From the human T2T-CHM13v2.0 reference genome, Homo sapiens, in the NCBI RefSeq assembly GCF_009914755.1, contig NC_060935.1: a stretch of DNA of 64,000 bases; one strand, given 5' to 3'. The notes beneath the pieces were generated by a model. The model saw nothing but the letters and a program-made list of their open reading frames with translations. It did not search any database and had not been told where the DNA came from. The translations under genes and the position numbers were made by a program. Below are positions 42,336 to 55,260 of the stretch, piece after piece (position 1 is the first letter of the stretch; each line of letters opens with the position of its first letter).

Positions 42336-43174
42336 GAATTTGGCTTCTTAGAGCATCAAGACTGCTATTCATTTAGAACCAGGTGATCTACATACTTTTG
42401 TAAGAGCATTATGGTCTCCATTTTACAATGGAAGAGAAAGGGCTCCAAAAGTTTATGTCCCTGCCCCAGATCCCACAGCCAGTAAGTGTCAGGGCCTGGC
42501 TTTGAATTTATATCTACACCAAACCCCACATTTAGCCCCTGCTTTCTACTCCCTCCTTCCCTGAGGGTGTTTGTTTTTATCTCTTATTCTGCTGGGAGCT
42601 GTACCGGGTGCATGTGCCCCTTCTGAGGCTAGGAACCAGAACTTGCATAGGATCGTACAGCATAGTGGCTAAGGATCAAAGACTCTGAATCCAGACTGCC
42701 CGAGTTCAAAGTTGGCTCCTTGAGTTTATCAGCTGTGTGACATTTGCCATAATGGATTAGTGATGTCTGCTATGGGCTCAGGCTAGGGGACATATGCCTC
42801 CTGTCTGCCTCTCTGGACAAAATGCAAAGCTCACTTGAAACCCTGCCCCACACTCAGGCTCCTTCCAGATTCTTGGTCTTGGAAGTAACAATGTTTCCTA
42901 CAGAACTGCAAGAGCAGAGAGGCCACGTCTGAAGACTGGGTTTCTGGCATGACTTGCCCTGGGGGGATTTGGTTTTCGTAAGAGTGGGAGAAACTTCCCT
43001 GGCTCATAGTCTGTTTCCCAGGAGGCAGCAGGTTTGGGTCCCCTGCCCTGTTGGCCATCAGGCCCCAGGTGGAGATTAGAGTATATGAGGGCCTCCTTCC
43101 TCCACTGTTCTCCCACACCCTGTGTCTTCCTGTCCCTTGAGCTGTTGTTTATTGTCCAGAACCTGGCCACATTT

Positions 43175-43203
43175 TCTTTCTTTCTTTCTTTCTTTCTTTC
43201 TTT

Positions 43204-43272
<69 letters not shown>

Positions 43273-43422
43273 TTTTTCTTTCTTTCTTTTTCTTTCTCTC
43301 TCTTTCCTTTCTTTCTTTCTTTCTACCTTCCTTCCTTTTTCTTTCTTTTTTCTTTCTTTCTTTCCTTCCTTCCTTCCTTCTTCTTTTTTCTTCTTTCTTT
43401 CTTTCTCTCTCTCTCTCTTTCT
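43175..43422 (+). repeat. (CTTT)n/(CCTT)n polypyrimidine tract (tail of the antisense Alu)
   Basis: About 250 bp, almost pyrimidine-only. Confidence 0.95.
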
Positions 43423-43700
43423 TACAAGAGTCTCGCTCTGCTGTCCAAGCTGGAGTGCTGTGGCGTGATCTTGGTTCACTGCACCCTTGACTTCTCAGGC
43501 TTAGGTGATTCTCCTGCCTCAGCCTCCCAAGTAGCTGGGACCACAGGTGTGTGTCACCATGCCTGGCTAACTTTTTGTATTTTTTTGTAGAGACCGGATT
43601 TCGCCGTGTTGCCCATACTGGTCCTGAACTCCTGGCCTCAAGCAATCTGCCTGCCTCGGCCTCCCAAAATGCTGGGATTACAGGCATGAGCCTGGCCCTG
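43423..43700 (-). mobile_element. AluJb-like SINE
   Basis: Antisense dimer. TSD cctggccacattt (43162-43174 / 43697-43709) encloses the Alu plus the microsatellite. Confidence 0.9.
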
Positions 43701-45813
43701 GCCACATTTGGAATGTATTTACAAGGTTCCTACTGGCTCCTTCTTCCACAGGGTTTCTGAGGCCTGTAGTTCCCCCTGCTTTTCCTCCTGCCCCCCGCAT
43801 CTTGTTAAAGCAAATCTTTATGCAAGATCCTGGGAGAGGTGGCATGGGCACTCTGCTTGCTCTTGCCCTGAACAAAACTTCTGTTGACCCCAGGGCATAG
43901 GAGTGGACAGGGGAGATGGGTTTGCTGGCTGCAGGGCAGTGGGGTTGGGTGTGGCATGGGGCAAGTGTGGGAAGATGACATCAGCACCACTCAGGGTGAC
44001 AGGAAGAAAGCAGTGCGTGCCCCCGAGGGTGATGGTGTGGGTGTGGGCGGCAGACAGGTGACTACAGGGAATGTGGCTGGTGAAGGTGTGAGGAGGTGGG
44101 ACTGGAGCAGGTGTGTGTGTGTGGCGGGAGCGATAGTGTGGGTGTCCTCATAAATGTCACCATGAGTGACTGACAGAGTAGGCGGGTGGTAATTCCAGTG
44201 GGTGACTATCTCGGCGACACTGCGATGGGTGGGGAGCCAGAGTGCGCGAGAGGATGCCTGTGGCAGGCGCCAAGACACCGCTGGGCTTGCCTCCTGGGGA
44301 CGTCCTTCATGCCAGAAAGAAAGAACGAATGTGTTTTCTCTGCCTGTTGAAAATGATTCCGAGCGAAGGGCTGTGCTTCCTGGCTGGCGCGAGCCTGACT
44401 CTGCTGTGTCAGAAGATGATCTTTCACAGATGCTGAAAAGTTAGGAAGTGTAATTATGGGGAAATTGCGCTCAGGCAAACGAGTACAAGCCAAGGGCTGC
44501 CAGGCCCCATTCCTCACCTGAACGCCCTGATTGTGGCCGACAGCCCCACATCTGTATGTGCTTTGCAGCCAGAAGAGGAAAGAGAGGGGAAGCAGGAATG
44601 GGGCAGGGAGGGGAGGGATAGGGAGGGGACCTGGAGCCACCCCTGCCAACGGCTCCCCAGCTTCCTCGGGGAGGAGCTGAGGGAAGGCTGAGGCCTGGGG
44701 CACATTCCTGAGTTCCGAGGGCCTTCTGGGGCGCCCTCATTCTTGGGGGCGATGAGGAGGAAGAGCTGGGGAAGACCAGCAGAGCTGAGGCCACTTCTAT
44801 TCTATCCTTTTCACGTTACTGGTGAGGAAACTGAGGCTGCAGATGGCCAAGGGGCACACAGTGAGTTAACAGTGCAGGCAGGATAAGATCCTCCACCTTC
44901 TGACCAGCAGGGGCTCTTGCCAGAACCCCTGAGGGGCAGGGTGGGAGGGACAAATAAGGGGCAGACCTGGTGAGCAGCAGGATGCCCCTGCCTCCCAGCC
45001 AGCATCTGGTACCAGCCTTTGGGGTAGCTCTGACCACTGGGCAGCCTTGGCATTCCTTAAATTCCTGGCTTTCATCCTCCCACCAGGGCTCCTGCCCCAT
45101 GGCCCCTCTCTGCTGGGACAACTGGGACTCCTCTCAGCAGAGGGACCTGCAGCTCCTCCTTTGCTCTGTTTTTTTCCCACTGGGCCCCTTCCCTCGCCTC
45201 TCCTTTCAGCTCCTGGGATAGCCCAGAGCCTGGAGCTACCCCCTCTTGTTTAAACCCTCCTGGGCCAACTCAAGGGCACCCTGATGCCCTCTGCTCCCCG
45301 CAGGATGGGCACTCCCTCCCTCCCACTCCTTGGCCCTCTCCTGGTCTATGGAAACAATTCTTCCCATTGGGCACTAAGTTTGCTCCCCACCTCCATGCTT
45401 CTGGAAACAAGCCGCCCTGCCCCCGAGCCTCAGAGGAGGTACAGGCAGGCCCAGGCTGGATAATTATCCCAACGTCCTCCTGGCCCCAGAAATGGAGTCA
45501 GGGAAGGATGTGTGACTCCACAGGGCCAATCAGAATTCTTCCCTGAGAAGGACACTGGGAGCAGGAAGCTGGCTTCAGTCCCTCTGCAGCTGATAGATTG
45601 GGAAGCTGGAGGTTTGGAAATCCAGCCTTTTCTTTATCCTGTAAAGTAGCCCACCTGCAGGAGGTAAGAGTGACGCACACAGAGAGTTAGAGGTGGGAGC
45701 GGGGCATGAAGAAATGACTGATTGTTAGCATTTTTGAACTCTGGATTTAGTCCTGTCTTCATCCCCATACCTCCCAGTTGTATTAGCTAATTTCTATTTT
45801 ATTCCATTATCTT

Positions 45814-45870
45814 ATTCTATTCTATTCTATTCTATTCTATTCTATTCTATTCTATTCTATTCTATTCTAT
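45814..45870 (+). repeat. (ATTCT)11 pentanucleotide microsatellite
   Basis: Perfect run at 45814-45868, within a probable old ERVL/MaLR LTR end (tgggtttccatcacttgcaatcaagagacctaa). Confidence 0.95.
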
Positions 45871-46684
45871 ACTCAGTGCATTCAACTGGGTTTCCATCAC
45901 TTGCAATCAAGAGACCTAATGAATGCAGCTGTCACAGAGCTGGAGCTTGGGTGTCCTGGGACATGTTGATGGGTAAGTTGGCAGGACCGAGGTAGGACCA
46001 GTGCCAGAGAAGATCATGATCCTCTCCTGGCTGGGTGGGGCTTGGTAAGTGGCAGTCTGGCATGGTAGAAATTTGCCAAGGAATAAATATGCACAAAAGA
46101 ATTAAACAGTTATACCCCAACACAGAAGCCAATGGACCGCATTTAGCTCCAGCTGCAGCCATTGAAGGAATGCTTGTCCAGGGGTGAGAGAAGCACATGC
46201 AAGGGGAAAGGCTATCTGAGGGAAGGCAGGGTTCCAGGCAATACTCAACCTAGAGGACACACTTGGGGATGAGGCATAGGAGAGGAATTGGAGCAGGAGA
46301 AGCAGGGCAAAATGGGCCTGCAGTGTGGGCTCCACTGTCACCAAGAGCCACTGGGGGGGAAGCATCACTGAACAGCCTGGTGATGCCACTAGTAATTGAC
46401 ATTTAGTAGCCCAAAACTCAGTGGCCTATTTTATTTTATTCCAGGTCCAAGTCTCGTGTCCTTTTGATACACCTGGCTTTTCTGAGAACTTTTCTGCCTG
46501 GAATACTGGCTGGGAAAGGGCAGGGAAGCCCTTGCACAGCCAGCTGGAGCTGAGTGCCCAGAAGTGATATAAATGTTGGTGGTTTTGTCTAGTTTGGTGT
46601 CTTGCCTTAGCCACACCTGAAGTCATTCTTGTCACTCAATGACTTTGTTTCAGACACAGCCAATGAAGAGGGGAAAGGAGAGTA

Positions 46685-46940
46685 TTTGCAAAGTACCTAG
46701 AATATGTCAGGCAAAGTTGCATACCTTTACTTCTTTTCATTTGCCTTACATCTGTGATCTCATTTAATCCTACAATGACCCCATAGGGGATATGTTATAA
46801 TTCCCACTTCACAGATGAGAAAACTGAAGCTCAGAAAGATTAAGTAACTTGCTCAAGGTCTCCGAGCTAGAATGGGGCAGAGTGGGAACTCCAACCCAAA
46901 TGTGTGTGTCTCTAAACTCTGACCTTTCTCCAGTGCCTTG
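46685..46940 (-). mobile_element. MIR SINE
   Basis: ctcatttaatcctacaatgacccc..cacagatgagaaaactgaagctcagaaagattaagtaacttgctcaaggtc. Confidence 0.8.
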
Positions 46941-49740
46941 CTTCCTCTGGAGAACTAAACCCTCCCTTGGAAGGACATGATGGAAACTCAACAGCCGACT
47001 TGACAGTCAGGAACTGCAGAGTCTCCTGTGAATGATTTATGATTACGTCAGCGATGAGACTCTGGGTAAGCCCTACTCCCTGCTCACTAGGGTGCAATGT
47101 CCTTGGCAGGTCCTGGCTCCACCTTTAAGCAAACATTGTTCTAGAGAGCTGGAACCCCCACCTGCCAAGAAATGGCCAACTTCAGCCTCTCAGTATCCAG
47201 GCTTTCCAGGGAAGTAGGTGCTGCCCCAGCACCCGTCCTCCGTCTGTGGTATCTCCCTCACATGGGCTGCTTCCAGCTTCCTCCTGCCTGGTTCTGGTTG
47301 GGCAGTGATGATGATGGCGCTGTGCTCTGCTCAGGCCTCCTCTGGAGTGCTCTCGGTGACTCCCTTCCCTGCACAGAAACATCAAGCTGTGCCTGGTGCG
47401 AGGCTTACCCTTCTACCCTCTTCTGTCTATAGAAATCCTATTCCTCTCCAAGGCATAGGACCAATCCCATCTCCCTCACAAAGCCCCTCCTTATGCCTTA
47501 ACCAGTTGTCTTCAGGCAGATGTGATTTTTTTTTAAACCCCTTTCCCCAGAATTGCATCTTGTGATTGACTTGAAGGCTGGCTCCAATACTAGCTCCTAT
47601 GAAAACATCCGCCCTCCAAGAAGACTTCATCTCTCTGCCGCCGAGCCTGCAATTTGCAGTTCCTAGAATGTGACTAGGATGAGCTGTGAAAGTGTCAGTT
47701 TTTTCTACCAGGGCACCAGGACTCAGGGCACCTTGACTTTCCCTAAACAGTGACCTCCTGGGACTGAGATGACACTCAACCCGTGTTTTCCAGAATGATG
47801 GTTGACGCTTTGGCTGTGTCTCTTCTCCGAATTTATCTAACATGCCTGGGATTAGAGTCATGGAAGTCGTTCCAGGAATACGATCAAGCACAGGGCTCCT
47901 TGTACCCCTCACCCCAGGTACCAGGGACTTCCATGTCCTCTCCAGCATTGTTGCTGTTGAAACTCCTCTACCACCAAGCAGTTCAACCTTGGGTAAATAA
48001 CCTCTCCTCTCTGAGCCTTAATTTCCTCCACAATAAGATGGATAAGTTGGCCAAAATCATCTCTAAAATCTCTCTTAGCCTAAAAATCCTCCCAGCAAGT
48101 TCTCACAAAAGCAAACCAATGAATAATGGTGAACAAATTCTCGAATAGTGGAAGCCAAAGCACCAAAACAGGCAATTAAAGCAGAAAGGATCGATCGGGT
48201 TGATGAGGATGTTGACAATGATGATAATATTTATCATGATCATTTATTGTGTTGCCACATTAGGCACTTTGTATACACTGTCTTGGATCTTCCCAATAAA
48301 ACTTTAAGGGGAGAGTAAAACCCATTTTGTAGATGAGGAAACTGAGGTTCAGAGAGCTGATGTGATTTTTCTCATTGTCCTACCAGCAAGTGGTCAAGGC
48401 AGAACCTGGAGCTGGGCCCCCTGGGTTCCCTCTGGTACTCTTCTGGAACATTCCAGGCAGGCTCAAGTGGCTGGAGTAGGCCCCGCCTGCCTCCCCTCTG
48501 CCCTCTGTGGCTGTTTTGTATCCTGCCAGATTCCTGAAGTGTCAGGCCTCATTACAGCCCCGTGCCCCAGTGAGCGTGGAGAGGCAGTTGACAGGTATAC
48601 AATCTGACCGCGGCTCCCTTCAAATCATCAAGTTGTCTTCAGGCAGGAACGTGCCGGGAAGCTGGGCAGAGGCCCCTGGCTTGGCTGCATAATCTGATGC
48701 ACATTAAAAACATCTTTCGGATGCCTTTTCTTGTTGCACGCTCATTCTCACTCTCTGTTTTGTTTTGATTTTTGTCCTCCATCCAACAAAAGCTGATGAG
48801 GTAGTCAGCTCTGTAGGCTCTCTGGTCCAAGCAGGGTCTCACCAACCAGACAGGTATCCAGGAACTACTGACCTTCTCCGTGTTTGGCTGGCATCTGGGT
48901 GACAGCGCCTGTGGCACAGGGCCACATCCTAGCAAGGTTGGACAAGAACCTGTACTCTGCCTCCCTCTCCAATTCCAGGGAGTGAGTTCAATTTTACCAC
49001 GACTCTCAACGGAGAGCCTGGACTAATAATAATCATTGCTGGCATCAAGTGAATGCTTGATTTGGGGGCTGAACCCCTTTTTATGTTTGGGGAATTCTCC
49101 ATCCCAGGATGAGAGTAGGCAGAGAAGAGCCAGCTTTCCACCAAGAAGTGGAGAAAGCCAGATCCTTGCTCTCCTGGGACCCTTGCAACCAGGAAGTGGA
49201 CATGTGACCAGAGCCAGCAAATCTGATGCTCCTGTCCAGAACTGGACCCAGGCCAGGAGCCATGGAGAGTTTCGCTCCATAGCTCCAAGTGTCCCAGAGT
49301 GGCCGGGCCACAAATGGTAGCAACAGGAGTTGGGTGCCCTGGGCTGCAGGTGGTAAACAGGAAGCCTCATCCGTGGGTTCCATAGCATGGCTTGGATTGT
49401 GGTTCTGGCCACCAGCTTCTCACTTGTTCTGGCTTTGTCTGACCCTAGATTTCCAGCCTTCCTGGAGACAATGAGCTGTTACCTTTCTGCTTAAAGCAGC
49501 CAAAGGCCCCTTTTATTGTTAATAACTAGGACCTCTGGCTAGAACCCCTGTGATTGCTTGTTTAATTCTCATATCAATCCTTCAGGTAACTATTAGCCTC
49601 GTCTTACAGACGAGCAAACTGAAGCATAGAGGGATTAAGTAATAGGAGGTCACACAGTAAAAAATGGCAGGGACATGGATTCAAACCCAAGTCTGTGGAC
49701 CTCAGAACCTGGGCTCTCAACTACTTCAAGAAAGAGCTCT

Positions 49741-49902
49741 GGCCGGATGTGGTGGTTCATGCCTATAATCCCAGCTACTCAGAAGGCTGGGGCGGGAGGA
49801 TCGCTTGAACCCAGAAGTTCCAGGCTGCAGCGAGCCGTGATGTAGCCACCACACTCCAGCCTGAGGGAAAGAGCAAGACCCTGTCTCAAAAAAAAAAAAA
49901 AA
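49741..49902 (+). mobile_element. Free Alu monomer (FLAM_A/FRAM-like)
   Basis: Single monomer with poly-A tail. Confidence 0.8.
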
Positions 49903-49905
49903 TCT

Positions 49906-50362
49906 TATAGTAGACTGGATAATCGCCCTCCAAAGATGCTCATGTTCTAATTCCTAGAACCTGTGAATATGTTACCTTATATGGCAAAGGGGAATTTGCA
50001 GATGTGATTAAGTTAAGAATGTTATGATAGGGGGATTGTCCTGGATTATCTGGGTGGATCCATTGTAATCACAAGGGTCCTTATAAAAGAGAAGGAAGAT
50101 GTAAGGATAGAAGCAGAAGTCAGAGAGGAGAGGAGATGCTATACAGCTGTTTTGAGGGTAAAAGAAGGAGGCCCCCAGCTAAGGAATGCAGGTGGCCTCA
50201 GAAGCTGGCAGAGGCAAGGAAATGAGCATCCGGAACAAACCAGCCCCACCAACACCTTGACTTTAGTCCTTGAGACTGATTTTGGACCACTGACCTCTAG
50301 AACTGCCAGATAAGACATTTTTGTTGTTTTAAGCCACTACATCAGTAATAGGAAACTATACA
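49906..50362 (+). mobile_element. MLT1D-like MaLR LTR
   Basis: gaacctgtgaatatgttaccttatatggcaaagggga..ttgcagatgtgattaagttaag..gtaatcacaagggtccttataa..ttttaagccact. Confidence 0.85.
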
Positions 50363-51137
50363 GGGCCAGAAAAAACTTTCCACCATTTGCAATTCTTATT
50401 GAAGGTAGGCTATCTAGAGAAGGGAACCTTGTGAGGAGCCCAGCGCAGTACCCCTAGGGCCTGGCACAGTGCCGGGCTCAGGGCTGCTATTCTCTGTATC
50501 TGTATTGAATGAAAGGATGAATGAGCACAGGATCCCTGATCCCCTGCCCTGGTTAGCCAGCCATGGAAGATGAGGCCAGCAATGCAATCATACCCATGGC
50601 TTTGGCCCCAAGCCCAAGAGAAGATCCAGGAATCCCAGGTGAGTCACCCACATAGAGGTTTGGGCAGACCTAAGCCCAAAGCTGACCTTGTCACACCCAT
50701 TACCCTTTCCCTCCAGACCCATGGCCTCTGTCGCTTACAACTCCCATGGTGAGGAAAGGCCAAGACAGAATCAGTGAGCCAAAGAGAGAGATCCAGAGCT
50801 GGAGTTTGTTCCTGACCAGAGGCCTCCTTTGAGCTGGGAGCTCTGCTTGGCTGCTGACCCTCTGCAGATCCTGCCACTGCCAACCCAGTGGCCAGCCACC
50901 TCCTGAATGTGGCAAACACCTCCCAAGACCAAGACATCAACCCCAGGAGTTTCCATTGAGTGGTCAGGCCCAGTTCTCCTCACTCCAACGGCACAGAGGT
51001 TGGAGGGCCAGGGCTCAGCCCCAGTCTAGATGGCCGTGCTGTGTTTCCTGTTTGAGTTTGCTTGCGGACTAATCCCTCACTCAAGCCCTCCAGGTAGGAG
51101 GCTAGGCCCTCGGGAGGTGGCCTTGATTTCATGATGA

Positions 51138-51473
<336 letters not shown>

Positions 51474-52327
51474 TAGAGGGAGCTTGCCTGAGAACAGCTA
51501 ACATGATACACATCTCCCCCTATCCCATTGCCTTTGTCATATTTCTGGGGAAGTGGCATGTTCTTCAGGAAGGCTGGGCGCAGTATATGTGAACTCTGTA
51601 TTATCTTTGCAACTTTTCTATAAATCCAAATTTATTCCAAATAAAAAGCTAATTTAAAAAAGAAAATAAGAACTACACTAGCTTAGGCATCACTCAAGTG
51701 GAAGCCACCACAGCAGGCTGGGGTAGCTGTCCCTGCCACTCACACTGGTGGTGCCTGTTCTTTTCCTTGCTGTGATTTAGACCATCCCAAGCTGCGATGA
51801 TCTTTCCCACTAGACCAGAAGTTCCTGAGGGCAGGGGCTGTGTCTTGTCACATTCTCTGCACCTGTTACAGAGCATTTACCAGTCACCCTTCTAAACACT
51901 TCACACTCCTTTCATCCTTGCAGCACCCCTGGGAAGAAGTTGCTATTGCTGTCCCCATGTCACAGAAGAGCAAACATAGGCCAAGAGAGGTCACAAAGCG
52001 GGCAAGTGACAGGATTAGGACCAGGAGGATGGGCTTAGCAGTCTGGCTGCATGTCCTAAACCCTCCGCCACGGCAAGCCATACAGCTGGGGGCTGAGCAG
52101 ACTTGGCATGGGGTAAGCATCCCAGCTCTGCCCCTCATCAGCAAGGTGACCCTGGACAAGTTCCTCAGCCGCTGTGAGCTCAGTTCCTTCATCTGTGAAA
52201 TGGAGAGAACAGTAACTACTTCACATGGAGTAGATGAGATGCAACATGTAACCTGCTTAACACAGAGTGCGACATGTCCTAACCATGAGAAGATAGTCAA
52301 CGGTGGCCATGAAGATGACACGCAAGT

Positions 52328-52360
<33 letters not shown>

Positions 52361-52372
52361 GTGATGATGATG
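52328..52372 (+). repeat. (ATG)11-GTG-(ATG)3 trinucleotide repeat at the 3' end of a MIR
   Basis: Read directly; MIR at about 52090-52290. Confidence 0.95.
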
Positions 52373-53399
52373 TAATGCTTGCTGAGTGAGTGGGCAGTGC
52401 AGGAGAAAAAGGAGCTGTTAGCAGTTTCTGGAGAAGTCCAGGCGTGATAAACTGGGGGTTGGTGGAAGAGCAGAGGGCAGCAGCAGGTAGAAGACCATGT
52501 CTGGAGGAGGCCAGAGAGAAGAGAGGGAGGAGCCCACTGGCATGCCAACATGGCCAGTGGAAAGTGGTGATGAGAAAACAGCCCTGCCCCCAGGTCCGAG
52601 GCAGGCTCTTCAGACTCAGAGAAAGCACAAGTTTCCACCACCTCCTGTACTGCTCCAAACTTTGGAAAAATCAGCAAATGAGGAAAGGTCCTGGGCAGCC
52701 CTACTTCTCCCAGGATAGAAAGGGCTTGGTCTGTTGTTTGTTCCGCAGTTAGAAGTAGGCTCTTGTCCCTGCCCAAGCAGAACACTTTTGTTTGGCAGGA
52801 GAAAGAGGAGCTGGGCAATGCCAGAGAGGAGCCCCCCAGCGCCACATGCTCTGCATTCCCCAGCATGCCTACCAGAGCCCAGGTGGGCGTGGAGGCTGTA
52901 GGAGCCCTCGCCACCCACCAAGCGGGGCTCCAGAGGCCTGGCACCATCTAGAGAGGTGGCGGCTGTCAGCACTGAGCAGAAAGGCATTCCGAGGCACAAG
53001 AATAGCCCGACCACAAGACAGGAAGGCGGTCTCTGAAAACATTGTTCTCCCTGGAGCAGAAAAGACCACATGTCGGGAGGCCCTGGGGTTTCCTGGAACT
53101 GCTGGGAACAGAGGCGCTTTTCCAGGTAGACTGATTTCCCCTGTGGAGTCTCAAAGCCCTGTACCCAGAGTGGGCACCCTCATGAAGGGGGTGACACCCT
53201 GTGCCTGTTCATTTTATGTTAAAGACACTCTCCCACCTGTGGGTGGTGGCAAGGAAGTGCCATTCATGTGACCACCTGTCAGAAGATGGTCCATGCTTTT
53301 ATTGTTTGTGTGAGACCCTAGGCCACAAGAAAGTGTTGACAGAACCTAGATCCCATTGTGAGTCACAGAAAACACATGGAGACCTCAGACTCACCCCTG

Positions 53400-54290
53400 G
53401 TCACACAACTTTGTGCATTCAGTTGATTGCTTATTAGATGTCAATCAAGTGTCTTTGTGTAAGGTCTCATTCTAGGAATACGGGTGGGATGGCAAACAGA
53501 AGGAGGCCCTGACTCTTGCATGTTATTCAGTTGTCCCAGTTTACATCTAGAAGGGAGAAAAGGGACAAGGAACAAGGAAACTAAGAAAGACAGCGGATAC
53601 TTTCAGATGGCAATCAGCAACACAAGGAAAATGAGCAGGGTTATGGGATGGTAGCTGCTTCCATCAGGTGTCAGGGAGTCCTCTGGGAGGAGGTGGCATC
53701 TGCATGAATTCCCTGGAGCTGAGGAGCAGCCAGCCATGCGAAGACCTGGACAAAGGGTATTGGGAGCCCAGAAAACATCCAATGGCAAAGTCCCCAAGGG
53801 AGGAGCAAGTGAGGAAGGGCAGAGTGGCCAGAGTGGACTGTGGGCAGGGAGGGCAGCACTAGATGAAGGTAGGGTGGACCCAGTGGCTGGGTTGTGTAGA
53901 CATGGAGCCTTGGAAGCCAGAGGGGAATTCTGGACTTGATTCTAAGTGGTGTCAGAAGCCACTAAAGAGTTGTAAACAGAGGCATGGCATGATCTGCCTT
54001 TTGTTTTCAAAAGCATGTTGGCAGTGGGAGGACAGTGGGTTGCAGGAGACAGTGGGAGGAAGCAGGGAGACCCCCTAAGTCTATTCAGTTCTAGCCAGGG
54101 AGGATGATGACTCTGGCTAGGGAGGGAGAGCAGGACAGTCAGGGTGTACTCTAGGAGGTATGCTGATGGGAGCTGCTGATGGCACCAGTGGAAGAGGGGG
54201 ATTCAGAATTGGGGTTTGAGCAACTGGATGGGTGATGATGTGCATTTGCTGCTGTGGGGAAGAGCAGATTTGTGGAGTGGAGGTGGGGGT
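53400..54290 (-). mobile_element. L2 LINE, antisense
   Basis: gtcagggagtcctctgggaggaggtggcat..gagctgag, ttctggacttgattctaagtg..gaagccactaaagagttgtaaacag..catgatctg. Confidence 0.65.
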
Positions 54291-54350
54291 CAAGCTAGCA
54301 CCACATTCATTGGGAAGCTCAGCAACAAGGTGTTGAACCAAATTCAACTT

Positions 54351-54459
54351 GTGCAGAGACAACCTGTAGAATGGGAGAAAGTATTTGCAAACTATTCATC
54401 AGACCAGGGACTAGTAGCCAGAATATATGAGGAATTCAAACCCCCCCAAATAATCCAAT
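54351..54459 (+). mobile_element. Isolated ~110-bp L1 ORF2 3' fragment (L1M/L1PB-like)
   Basis: Translates as [29 protein letters not shown], homologous to [28 protein letters not shown] in the window's own L1. Confidence 0.8.
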
Positions 54460-55260
54460 CCAGAGGGTGTAAGCCCCAAGCCTTGGCAGCTTCCACGTGG
54501 TGTTGAGCCTGCAAGTACACCGAAGTCAAGAATTGAGGTTTGGGAACCTCCACCTAGATTTCAGAGGATGTATGGAAATGCCTGGATGTCCAAGCAGAAG
54601 TTTGCTGCAAGGGCAGGGCTCTCATGCAGAACCTCTGCTAGAGCAATGTGGAAGGGAAATGTGGGGTCAGAGCCCCCACACAGAGTCCCTGCTGGGGCAC
54701 CATCTAGTGGAGCTGTGAGAAGAGGGCCACCATCTTCCAGACCCCAGAATGGTAGATCCACCGACAGCTTGCACTGTGTGGCTGGAAAAACCACAGACAC
54801 TCAATGCCAGCCCATGAAAGCAGCCGGGAGGGAGGCTGTACCCTGCAAAGCCACAGGGGTGGAGCTGTCCAAGACCATGGGAACCCACCTCTTGCTTCAG
54901 CGTTACCTGGATGTGAGACATGGATTCAAAGGAGATCATTTTAGAGCTTTAAGATTTGACTGCCCCACTGGATTTCGGACTTGCGTGGGGCCTGTAACCC
55001 CTTGGTTTTGGCCAATTTCTCCCATTTGGAATGACTATATTTACCCAATGCCTGTACCCCCACTGTATCTAGGAAGTGACTTGCTTGCTTTTGATTTTAC
55101 ACGCTCATAGGTGGAAGGGACTTGCCTTGTCTTAGATAAGACTTTGGACTGTGGACTTTTGGGTTAATGCTGAAATGAGTTAAGACTTTGGGGGACTGTT
55201 GGGAAGGTGTGATTAGTTTTGAAATGCGAGGACATGAGATTTGGAGGGGCCGAGGTAGAA
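54460..55260 (+). mobile_element. THE1A internal sequence (3' half), MaLR
   Basis: cagagggtgtaagccccaagccttggcagcttccacgtgg ... ccacctagatttcagaggatgtatgg ... polypurine tract ggaggggccgaggtagaa just before the LTR. Confidence 0.9.

Noticed and set aside
42898-43705. 193-209 aa K/E/R-rich and S/F/L-rich ORFs
   Set aside because: Stop-free reading of the (CTTT)n tract plus Alu.
52257-53271. Cluster of overlapping 120-216 aa ORFs on both strands
   Set aside because: No homology or splice structure recognised; the poly-I and poly-S stretches come from the (ATG)n repeat.
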